NCBI RefSeq assembly: GCF_004010195.1 | Contig: NC_057753.1 | Location: 3,022,087 to 3,086,086 of the forward strand | Length of the DNA stretch: 64,000 nt | Reading direction: 5' to 3' | DNA from: Chiloscyllium plagiosum | Lineage: Eukaryota | Shown: piece by piece, positions 11,087 to 22,394 of the stretch | Position numbering within the stretch: the stretch's first letter is position 1 | Layout: the number at the start of each line of letters is the position of its first letter | The notes under the pieces: model-generated | Database searches by the model: none | What the model saw: the letters and a program-made list of their open reading frames with translations, nothing else | Told to the model about the DNA's origin: nothing | Position numbers and translations under genes: made by a program

Positions 11087-14000
11087 TCTAACCTCACTTT
11101 TAAAGTTGCACCTATACTTGGAAGTAACACCAACACTATCACCGATAGTAAAATTGCGAGGTTTTGATTTTGTAACTCCTTCCGGTTTCATTCAATGCTC
11201 TGATACTTTTAAATGCTGTTGAGACAACTCCCCCGCTCTGTGTAACCGTGCCCTAAAATTTGATAGATAGTCCAAATGTGTGTTCTCTGAATTATGACTT
11301 AGCAATTTCTCATTAATCAATTCTAACAGTTTTTTCACCCGAAAACTAATTCAATACACTGAATTTGTTCGATGCATTTGGCGCTTCCCTGATGGCAAAA
11401 AGTACAGACGATATTCCTTTGACCAACTCATCTGGATAGTCTTGACTTTCAGCCCTCGACGTGGTGTTTAATGTCTGATGGCACCTTTCTACCATCTGCT
11501 GCGTCTCTCGATTGTATGCAGTAGGTTTGATTGTTTTATTCCTAAGTTGTCCATAACGTCGTTGAATAATTTTGATGTAAGGTTTGACTCTTGACCTGAT
11601 GGTATCTCTGTGGGTAGTCCATTTCTAGCGAAAAATGTGAGCAACTTTTCTAAAATCCTTCTAGCTGTGACAGGCTTCTGGAAACCTCGTGGATTGTTCA
11701 CAACACTGATTCAAACTTTTTGTTTTAGGTAGGGGTCCTATGCAATCAATTAAAACTCTTGTAAAATATTCCTGAAATGCAGGGATAGATACTAAAGGTG
11801 TGGTTTTTCTTACTGCCTGTGGTTATCGAATTACCTGACATGTTCGACATATATGGCAAAAATCAACTACAACCTTGTGCATCGCAAGCCAGTAAAAATG
11901 TTTTTGCACTTTAGCTTAAGTTTTTCTTACCCCTAAGTGACCTTCGTGTGCTAAATGTGACACCTCCTTCCTGTAACCCACTGACAATATGACTTGATGG
12001 ACTCTTACCCATTTCTCATCTGCCTGAGTATGTAATGGCTTCCAATTCCTCGATAACGCATCCTTTTTAAGAAAGTCGCACTCAGGAATGCATTTCGTTT
12101 ATTTCTTCGTGTATGCTTTTGCATATGACTGCTTAAGTTTTTCATCTCTCTGCTGTAACTCAGGTCATCTCTCCGAGCTAAAGATGTCTACTTTGTCATT
12201 CATCTGATCCTGGTTTGTCTCGTCCATTTGATCAAACAGGGTTTCTGATAATTCCCCTTCAAACTTGTTATCTGTACCTTTGATCTCTCCTGTTTGCACT
12301 GGTGAATTTGTGACTTCGTTACCACACAGTCTGGAAAAGTTCCATTAATGGCTCGGATTCCTGATTTTACAGTGGCTTTTCAACCACAGTCGGCAGCACG
12401 CCTTCCTGTGAACAAACTGTATCATTAACAAGAGCAAATGGTATTCCTGGTACCAAGATGTTGTCCAATACTCCTACTACGACTTCTTCATTCTTCACTG
12501 GACACACTAACATCACTCTACATAATACAGTGCTTCTTGTCTCACCGTGAATTCCAGTTGCTAGTACTTTTTCGGGCAATAGCCCTTTACAGGTACATTT
12601 TTACTCATCTTTCAGCGTCAAAGATTGAAAGGATCCTGCATCTCTTAATATTGCAACCCCTTTACCTGCTCCTCTTGATCAATGCAAGTGAACTTTACCT
12701 TTGCAATTATGTGGTTTAAAAAGATCTCCTTAAAAAAGCCTCCGACCAGTTTGTATATTCTGGTGCGACCTGTTCACCTCCACCGCACTTTCTGTTACCA
12801 CTCCAACAAGGTTCAGTGACCTATCCTGTTTTCCTAAATCTATCTTCCCAGTGCTTTTCCTCACGCACCAATGCTGCGATTTCATGTGGCCTACTTTATT
12901 GCACTGAAAACATTGGAATTTTTTAACTTCTCTTTCCCCTTCAAGGATTTCCTTTTTAACCTGTGGTAAGCTATCCTTGTGATCTTCACCAAGATCGAGC
13001 TTTCCCTGACCAGGTGAGGATTTTTTTTCCCTAATTTCTGTCCCTCACGAATTGAAATTGATGTTGGAAGCCAAACTTCGATTTATGGACCAGCTCATAA
13101 TTATTAACCATCTCAGCTGCTATATATTGCTGTTTTAAATCTTTGCTCCTCCACATGAGATCTCACCATTTTACTCTCCACCAAAATAATTGTCTCTCTA
13201 AGAGTGTCATAGGTTTGCAGTATCTTTAAAGCCCTTATCCACCTCTCAAAATTACTTTGTTTGATTCTTTCAAATCATATAGGTTTGACCAGGATCCCTG
13301 CTGAGATTCTCGAAACGTTGTCTGTCGGCTTCTGGCACAAGCTCATATGCAGTTCAAATGGCTTTTTTCCCTCTCTCATTTGCCCCAGATATCTCCTCTG
13401 ATGGTAATGCAAATCCCACACTAGCTCTGCCCTCAAGATTTGTTTGTATCAATAAAACCCACATGCACTGGCCACTGCATTTGTTTGGCCACCTTCTCAA
13501 ATGAGATGCAACTGTATTCCACATCCGACTCATCAAATTTCGACAACGCTTAAATATATTTAATCAAATCACGACTGGGTCTTTGGCTACCATCCTCACT
13601 CTCTTCCTCACTTCGCTGCCTTCAGCCTTCACCTCACCCTTGTAAACCGACTTTGCTGTCCAAGTGTCTACGATTCGGAGAGAGGCGTGTACCCTCGTTC
13701 CTCCTGATTAAATAACAAAGTGATTCAATAATGATAAGGAGGAGACAGCAGGACTGAGATTATCTCAGAAAATTTGCATCTTTCACCGCGTTGATCATGG
13801 AAGCCACTGCTATAGATTAAACCGAGGTTCAAGACCGTTTCTTAAAAATACAGCTGTGCAGCTCTTTGACTTCTGGATATTTCACTTTAGAACCTTGTCA
13901 AATCCCTTGAAGAAATATTTTGTTTCATAAAATGTAAACACCAGCCGAATAATAGCTGCAACAATTTGTTGGGTTCCATGAATTGAATTAATGCCAAAAC

Positions 14001-14096
14001 TCGAACAAACTAATTGTCTCTCTGGAGGATAAGATGAAGTATATTTGTGTCTGTTTTTCAACAAATTTCAAGGTGCACTTCGACCTTCCGATAGAA

Positions 14097-14166
14097 ATGC
14101 ACGCTCTGCTAACAGGCCTAGTATTTGCCATTTATTACCCCGTCATTGCAGTTATCGGGGTTCCAG
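14097..14166 (+). CDS. GPR139-like GPCR copy A, coding exon 1 (MHALLTGLVFAIYYPVIAVIGVP + 1 nt)
   Basis: ATG at 14097; 70 nt ending CCAG|GTAAAG donor (GT at 14167). The phase-1 junction joins in frame to the acceptor at 18466, giving YYPVIAVIGVP-ANLAV, which resembles GPR139 TM1 (YYSLLLCLGLPANIL). Same peptide at 42303. Confidence 0.9.
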
Positions 14167-14719
14167 GTAAAGTACGACAGATATTTATGAACCACCTGAG
14201 TCATGCTCGTCTGTATTAATTTATTAGGTTTATCAACAGAACCTTTTCATGGTCGATACATCATTTATTATATTTAATACGGGTATTGTCAGTATTAATT
14301 CTTCAATTTATCAAATTTCGGATCAAAGCTCTCCTTTTAGTCAAACAGTTCCATCATAATAAATGGCATAGTTATTTTCCATGAAAGCTGTCATTTTGTC
14401 GTTTTAATTACGTACTTTCTTGCGTTAATTGTTCATCTTTTCTGCGTCAAAGGTTGATCGGTTGTGTTGTTGGGACTTTGCAGTTCAGAGGCAGCATAAG
14501 TATATTGCTGTCACAGCCCAATGATGATTCTCGTGATATTGGCTGTGCTATTGGGAATCAATCAGTGAGCAGTCACTTTGAGAAAAGAATTCCTGTGTGA
14601 GTTTCGGCAATGTTCATGTGGGCGAATATTCTTAGAGCTATCATGACCTAAAATAAATTCTCTCAGGTTATTGTCACCCTTGTTGTGCATTAGTTATCAA
14701 GTTGTGACTGTGCTATTGT

Positions 14720-16330
14720 CAAGTTGTACAAACCTAGGATAAGAGGATCTCAGAGAGCCTTCTACTTATCAGGGATGCTATCGCCTAGGTGCAAGACACG
14801 GGGGTGGATACCTGCCTCACGAACCGGGGCCAGGAAGAGGCCTTTGACAGGATATTGCGCGCCTATATATGTGTTTTTGCGAGGGAATCCCAAATTGGAT
14901 CCGACTGTTCCATGCCAACATCATTTCTGCAATCTTAATCAAGGTGGGGTGGGGGGCGGTGTCAGAACGACTCCCAATCTGACCTGGAGTCAACAAACTG
15001 CCCACCTTTCATGCCTTGCTTCTTTACTGTGTGGAACTTTTTGCTGGGCCAGCCCAGAAAGATGAATACTCCAGGCAGTGGCGGCATGCAGATTCGAGCC
15101 TCCCTGTGCTTGAATGAGGTTATCATGTTCTATTCAAATCCATCATCTGAGCGCAGATTCCTGAACACCACCTACCAAAGCAAGCTGGCCTCAGGAACCA
15201 AGGTGTGTGGAGTCAAGAACGAGGTCATGTCCTTTGGGAACTGAACTGACCAATCCTTTATCCCCTTCCACATCAGGGCATATGTCTGAAGGCGCTAAGA
15301 ACATGGAGCCAAGGAGCTGGGATGTGCACAAACACTTGAGAGGAGTGTTTCACAAAGGTCACGCAGTAACTCGGCTCATGGGTGCACCGCTACCGCTCCA
15401 TTACGGGTAGAAAACTGATCAGCAGGTGTAATGTGCTCTTGGTGAAGCTGTATATGTCATAGGTCTGGTCCATTCCCCGCACTGGTGTCTTTGCAAATCA
15501 TCTTTCACTTCTGCTGAAGGTCTGCATGGGGGTGGGGGTGAAATACATACCCAATGCCACCCTCACCCCAATAGACGCCTTTGTGTACAGTTGACTTAAC
15601 CTGCGCATATTCCCTCAGCATACAAACACCAGTATCACTACAAAACTAAAGTCATTCTGGTCCCCAGTGTGGTCAAGGATGGATCTGGCCCCATTGCAGC
15701 AGGATATTGCTACTGGTGAGATTTTTCCATGTCACCTGTCACTCCTTCATGGAGAAATTTGCAGACGAGAACAACTTTGACCATCGGGCCATCAGGAAGT
15801 TGTCAGCGTGTAGCATCCTCAAGATAGTATTGGAAACTGGAGAGTACATTCCTTCACGTGATTGTCTGAGCAGATTGTCAAAGTCATTAAGAAGAATGCC
15901 TCATCGCAAAAACTTTCCAACACGCACCAAGATGTCGCCTTGCTGGAGGTGAGAAGGGCACTACCTGGCCGATCCTTCATGCATGCCCGGACTCTCTCTG
16001 CACCTACACACTGCCCTCGATGCAACTGAAGAGCGGTGTAGTTGGGGTGTGTGTATGTGGCAATGAAAGAGACTTCCACACATGTCCTTCTGGAACGTGC
16101 CTTTGCAAAGAAGATCTGGAGAGAGAGGCATAGTTTTTGTCAGGTTTCATCTCGAGCAGCTTCCTGACGCAGGAAGCTTCGAGCTTTTCCCTGGGATGAT
16201 CATTGGCTCGGAATGGAGGGCCATCAATTTGGTCGAAAAAGCTTAGTGGTCTTGAGTGATGAATGCATTAATGCATGGAGCTGCTGCTGTTAATGTGAAT
16301 TATAGAAAGACTGTTGTCGAAATTCTTTCT
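14720..16330 (+). mobile_element. Decayed Tx1/L1-clade LINE ORF2 in intron of copy A
   Basis: Remnants of QEKAFDRI, PGSGGMQIRASL (YMDD region decayed) and C-terminal HCPR..HVLLE knuckle; paralog at 43345-44990. Confidence 0.75.
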
Positions 16331-17374
16331 GCCTAAGTATACAGAGGGTTTGTCAGTTCTGAGATTCCTCGTTGATCGAATGAATGGAAATAGTTTATTT
16401 CAAGAGTAGCAAATGCTTTTGTTTAGTAACTGCAAGGATTCTTCAAGAAGTGCAAACTTCCAATGCATTTGTTTTTTTTCTTCTCTCTCTCTGTACAAAG
16501 ACTAAGAACTGTTTCACGACCTTTTGTACGATTTTTATTTTGCGATTGAACATTGCCTTTGCAATTAAAAAAATTTCTGTAATTTGTCCTTAGCAGTTGA
16601 GGAATAGTTCCATTAAACAAGTCATTGGGTGAATGGCTGGAACCATGCTTCAGACTGAATAACATTTACATTTAAAGAACGAACGTTATTCATTACCATG
16701 ATATTGGAAGAAACATGTAAAATATAGTTATACTTTAACTGGTGATTTTTTCTTTGCCCCATGACTCAGAGAGAATTGTGTTTCAGTTCTCATTCACTGA
16801 TTCTAACCTGCCCATATCTTCAATATAAAATTCTGCTGATGAGTTTAAAGTGATAACTGCTGTTGTGTAAACTAATTTTGTTGCTCAGCACCAAGCAAAG
16901 CCTCCAAATTTCTTCCCAATTTTCCTGTTTTCCATATCAAGAGAAGCACAGTAGCTATTGTATATCTCATGTAAAGCGTAAGACATTTCATGTCAAATAG
17001 CAAATACAAAATCAAGTTGATCCATTATTCTGACAGATCACGTTTGCACAAAATAAATGTTGCAATGCTGATGGGACTTCCCACCTTGCCCATCTGGGAG
17101 CTTCCCCCAACAGCCAAATGTTCCACCTACTATTACTGGTAGTGCGGATTAATATTTAGAATGCTTGCTTATCCAACTCCGGGTTGTAATGGCCTCACAC
17201 CCAAAAATATATCTGTGAAGTTGGTGTGAAGATAATTCACACTAGTGGGTGTGTATTGGTGCGAATAACTAGTGGGTGATTTTAGAGACTCAATAACAGT
17301 TACCATTATGAAGAGAGAGAAAAACCAGATGAGAAGGAATATTGAGTGCTGTGAACAATACATTCTAAGCTTCA

Positions 17375-17890
17375 TAGAAACTGCAAGAAAATTGAATTGG
17401 CAGCCGTCGAGTCGATAAGGAGTTTATTGAATATTTTCTCACAGCAACACATTCTGGATCCAACTAGAGAGCAGCTTAAGTTAGATTTGGCCTTGTATAA
17501 TGTTGCTAGGTTAATTCGTGATTTCAGGATATGAACCACTTTAACAGCATATAATTACATGAATGAATTTACTTTCAGTTGAAGGGAAGAAGCGTGAGTT
17601 AAGACTAGCATTATAAATTGAATAAAGGCAATTATGCGACATGAAAGCTGATCTGGCTGACATGACCTGGCCAACTAGAAAAGAGGGTAGATTATTAGAG
17701 GCCCTTTGACAGTCATATTATGGGACGTTATCGAATGATCAAAAGTAGCATATCCCCACAATAGAGAATCTAAAGGGGGGGACCACCTTCCCTATTTAAC
17801 TGGGAAAAAAAATGAAACACACCCAACTTGAGGAAAATAAAACGATTCGGCGCACAAAAATGAGTAGCAGGTCAAATGACTCAGCAGAAT
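17375..17890 (+). mobile_element. Old CR1 ORF2 fragment (endonuclease/linker)
   Basis: Degenerate PTRE..LDL and LNKGNYxDMKADLA-like segments. Confidence 0.55.
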
Positions 17891-17892
17891 GT

Positions 17893-18142
17893 TGCTATGG
17901 ACCAGGCCAGACCGCCTCAAAACATTTCAAGAAAGTAGCCTAGACCCTGACTTTGTTACCACTTTTAAGCAGGTGTAATGCAGATTTTTCTGGGAGGGCT
18001 GCATTTGGTCAAACCACTTAGTTTTAACAAAACAGAATTTATTTTCAAGACTACCAAATTAAACTAGACTGCTCCACGCCTCTGCTTTCTCACCTCTCCA
18101 AACAAATCGCAATAAACATTTTAAATTAACAGCATCGTCACA
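17893..18142 (-). mobile_element. Internally deleted solo LTR related to the Gypsy LTR
   Basis: Both ends resemble 7874-8464 (ACCAGG..CCTCAAAACATTT..AAGAA and ..ATCGTCACA). Confidence 0.65.
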
Positions 18143-18466
18143 ACTGTGCTCTTAATAATGTCAGAGAAGGTTAAGTGACAGAAGCTTTATTTTTGCTCCA
18201 CTTTTACTGTAAGCATGCACTTTGTTAGGTCTCACTAAATTCTTTTCAGATCTTATGATTTGATCAGCTAAATCTTTCACCTGAATAGCTGTGTAAAAGC
18301 AAGGAAATCAGTACCCACAATACAAACAATGATTACCAAAACTGTGCCACATTTCAAAATGAATATTTCACACAGAATCCTGGAAGATTGGTTATTCTGT
18401 TGGACTTCAAATGTCATACACACAATCTGTTATATAGTTATCTCTGTGTTTCTCTATCTATTACAG

Positions 18467-19392
18467 CTAACCTGGCAGTAACTGTGATCCTCTCTCAACG
18501 AAGATGTGGTCTGTCTGGATGTATCATTTATTACTTCGTGTCCATAGCAGTGGCAGATCTGCTGGTTATGGTCATGACTGTAATATTAAACCGGATTGCC
18601 GGTATTTATTTTCCATACAGCTTCCTGTCTATCACACCAGTATGCAGTGTACGCAATGCTTTAAATATGGCAGCTACAGATAGTTCTGCCTGGCTAACAG
18701 TCGTTTTCACCTTTGACCGATTTGTGGCCATTTCTTGCCAAAACCTGAAAGTTAAATATTGCACCAAGAAGATGGCAGCATGGGTTATAGGAATTGTGTG
18801 CACATTGACCTGCCTAAAAAATATCTTCAGGTGCTTTCAGTTTGAACCGAGGTACATAATTAAAGGCATACCCTGGTTCTGTGACATAAAATCAATATAT
18901 TATACTTCACCAGCATGGACTGCATATGACTTGATTCGATCCATTTTAAACCCTTGTCTCCCATTCATTTTGATTTTCCTGCTCAATGCCCTGACCGTCA
19001 GATACATTCTCGTAGCTAACAGAGTCCGTAAGAGACTTCGGAATCAGAGAATTGAAGAGAACCAGAGTGACCCAGAGGTAGAGAAGCGCAAAAAGTCCAT
19101 TATTTTACTCTTTGCCATCTCAGGTAGCTTCATCCTGCTGAATTTATTATATTTTGTAACAATCCTCTACGTCCGAATTGCTGATGTTACTTATTCCTCA
19201 GGTTCTGATGTCAATAATTCCACATTTGTTCTCCAACAGAGCGGATCTATGCTTCTGTTGTTAAACTCTTGTGTCAACCCATTTATTTATGCCGGGACAC
19301 AACGTAAATTCAGAGACGAGTTAAAGGATGTGATTAAATATCCAAGGAGCCTATTGTTTAAATTAATAAAATTGGAAAAAAGAAAATTCTAA
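18467..19392 (+). CDS. GPR139-like class A GPCR copy A, coding exon 2 (spliced protein 331 aa)
   Basis: Pyrimidine tract plus TTACAG acceptor ending at 18466; open frame to TAA 19392. Seven hydrophobic segments, IAVADLL (TM2), TM3 Cys, FTFDRFVAI, ECL2 WFC, NPCLPF, NPFIY. A paralog rather than a clear GPR139 ortholog, so no symbol given. Confidence 0.93.
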
Positions 19393-20443
19393 CATGAAAT
19401 ATTGATTTCTTCCCTTGCCTTTCCTAAGGATCACCATTTGAAATCTGAATGTACTAAAGGAATTTAATAATATGCCAGAAGTGCTGTGAATTTCTGTAAA
19501 CTGCTCCCAGGTAAAACTTAGCTTTTTTTTCTGTTCTGATTCACGTTTTTCACATTTCCAATTCTCAGTTGCCCTTCTCAGACCAAAGTTTGGCCTGTTC
19601 TCATGCCCTGTGTTCATTCCTCAACTGAGAATATTAAATTGCCAAAATCATTTCAAACATTGCTTAATGCCCACACACTGCAATGTCTGCATCGGCAGCT
19701 TGATGAAGATTGCAGAGTCATGACGCCAGTGCGAACAGTGAGCCTGACTAAGTGTTATCTCAGAGTAATTTGACACCTCAGCGGCTACATGCCTTACTGC
19801 CTCTGCTGCCCCATGGCATCTAAGGCACTGCTAATGGCCACGCTTACATTGTTTCGCATAGAGAACTCACAACCTAAACCTTACAGGGAGATGTTCTGTG
19901 AAACAGATTTAAGCTGCAGCTTCAACAGCTTTGCAGTTTCTAGTCAAAACTCATACAGAAGATTCATGTAAAACCGTAAATGACAACAGCTGGCAAAACC
20001 GACTTAGAACACAGAATTGTACACCACTGAGAACCAGCTAAATGTGAACTTTGGCAGCTCGTCGTCTCGAATTCTGGGTGCCCGAATTTTCTCGTGTAAT
20101 ATCTTCACTTAAGGTGACTTTCACCGGAGACAATTTTCAGCAGTAAAGCAACATTTAAAAATGTCACACAAATGCCAGCAATCATTGCTGTGAGCTTGAA
20201 AATGACAGAGACTGTACAGAGAAACAAACTACTCATGTTCAACTTCCTTTTCCAAAGCACACGAACCAGATTACTACGACTCCAGTGAATCTCACAAGGC
20301 AATGCCTGATGCGCATTCCTCAGTTAAAGTAAAACAACTGACTCATGGCAAATCCTAAACGCTTTCATGTTATATCTCTTTTTGCTTCTGTCCATCCCTC
20401 CCCTACCTCTTCCCATGCAGGACCTAGTCAAGTAGTTAGAATA

Positions 20444-21310
20444 AGGAACATAGAACATTACAGTGCAGTACAGGCCCTTCGGCCCTCGATGTTGCACCGA
20501 CCTGTGGAACAAATCTGAAGCTTATCTATCCTATCCTGTTACATTTTCATTATTTATATTTCATATGGAATTTGTTTATCTATTGACTATTTAAATGCCC
20601 TTAAAGTTGGCGAGTCTGCTACTGTTGCAGGCAGTGCACTCCACGCCCTTACTACTTTCTGAGTAAAGAAACTACCTCTGAGATCTGTCCGATGTCTATC
20701 ACCCTCAATTTAAAGCTATGAACCCTAATGCTCGCCATCGCCACCCGAGGACAATGGCTCTCACTGTCCACCCTACCTAACGCTCTGATTATCGTATATG
20801 TTTCAATTAAGTCACCACACAACATTCTGCTCATAAACGAAAACATCCTCAAGTCCCTCAGCCTTTCCTCCTAACACCTTCCCGCCATACTAGACAACAC
20901 CCTGATATACCTCCTCTGCACACTTCCCAAAGTTTCCACATCCTTCCTGCAATGCAGTGACCAGGACTGTATGCAATACTCCAAGCACGGATGCACCGGA
21001 GTTTTGTGCAGCTCCAGCATGACCTCCTGGCTCCAAAACTCAATCGCTGTACCAATAAATGCTAACACAACGTATGCCCCCTCAATGTTGAGTGGTGACT
21101 TAATTGAAACATATACAATAATCGGAGCATTAGATAGGGTGGACAGTGAGAGCCATTATCCTCGGATGGTGATGGCGAGCATTAGGGTTCGTCGCTTTAA
21201 AATGAGGGGTGCTAGATGTCAGACAGATCTCAGAGGTAGTTTCTTTATTCAAAGAGTGGTAAGGGCATGGAATGCACTGCCTGTATCATCCTGAGCAGCA
21301 ACTTTCAGTA
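20444..21310 (-). mobile_element. CR1/HER1 3' fragment (paralog 52067-52745), containing inverted insert 21084-21283
   Basis: AGAACAT tail repeats; LEYCIQSWS on minus. Confidence 0.88.
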
Positions 21311-21944
21311 ATTTTACTTGATGAAAACCCAGGCCGAAATTTTACTTCGAAAATAGAAAGCAGGGATCCAAGATGCAAGACATTGAGGAGTGAGCTGTTT
21401 ACAGACCACAAGGCATGAGGATACAATTGACCTTGATCTTCTACATTGATTCCAAGAATGTGCACTGTGTATATTTTACGCAGATGAAGTCTCCTTCTAC
21501 AGTTGTGCACGAGATTGAAATATGAAATTGTTACATTCTCGCACTGAATTTCAAAGTGTGAAAAGTAGAGTAGCAGTGATCCCATGGTGTGTGGCACTTG
21601 TACTACAAGACAGTGCAGTACAGGCTGTGGAACAGTCTCTGTTTCGATGGGTTCATCTGCAGGGAAGGGTTTGCATTATTTAAAGAATCACTAAATCAGT
21701 CCTGTTCCGAACGTGTAGCAAGAAATGACAAGAAAACATCCCACTGCATTTGATCATTGTCTTAACTTTAAAAACACATCATAAATGCTGAGGAAGTAGA
21801 TTTCATTGGACTGGGTTGGAAAATGTTAAAATGGCTGTGGGTGAAACCGCGATGACATTGGAACTTCGAAACGATAGAGTTGAGGCACAGAAAGCGATAA
21901 TTCAACAAGGTGCATTGCTTTGAAAGAACAATTACGAGTCGGAA

Positions 21945-22394
21945 GATATGAACGTTCAGTAAGATCATGTCTGATGTTTTCGTGGACTCAGCTCCATTTA
22001 CCCGCCAACTCATCATAACCCGTAGTTCCTTTAAATCTACCTATCTTTGTCTTAAAAGCATTCAACAAGGTAGCTTCAAATGTTTCACTAAGCAAGGAAT
22101 TCTACAGACTCACAATCCTTTGGGTGAAAAAGTTCCTCCTCAACCCAGTCCTAAATTCCCTCCCCCTTATTTTGCGTCTGTGACGTCTAGTCCTAGTTTC
22201 ATCCTCCAGTGGAAACAACCTCCCTGTTTCTATCTTATCTATTTGCTCCATAATTTTAGATGTATCTATAAGAACCTCCTTCCTTTTTCTAAATTCCAAC
22301 GTGGGTCTGTTTCCATACTGTAGGCATTCTATTCTATTCGAAAGTCCCAGTCTTCACAATTTCTCTTCATAAACAAGCACTGTTAACTCTGAAA
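21945..22394 (-). mobile_element. CR1 3' fragment split by the Penelope insertion (continues 28014-28200; uninterrupted paralog 53375-53985)
   Basis: RLFPL..TRTRRH..RRNFFTQRIV on minus. Confidence 0.8.

Larger units (their letters stand above)
7541..13660 (-). mobile_element. Decayed Gmr1-like Ty3/Gypsy LTR retrotransposon (copy 1)
   Basis: On the minus strand: gag (YELVPEAxRQRF, knuckle CFQCNKVGH ~12900), protease ILRDAGS (~12640), integrase (HLGVRKT..CRTCQ, IDCIGPLP ~11950-11500), RT (PIKQHP, WSPPIVMV, MKNAPATFQRL, CIDD ~9900-9450), RNase H (~9000-8600); many stops. Confidence 0.9.

Noticed and set aside
18388..18466. N-terminal 26 codons of the 334-aa ORF
   Set aside because: Starts at TTG, spans the polypyrimidine tract and acceptor, and is not open in copy B; it is intron.
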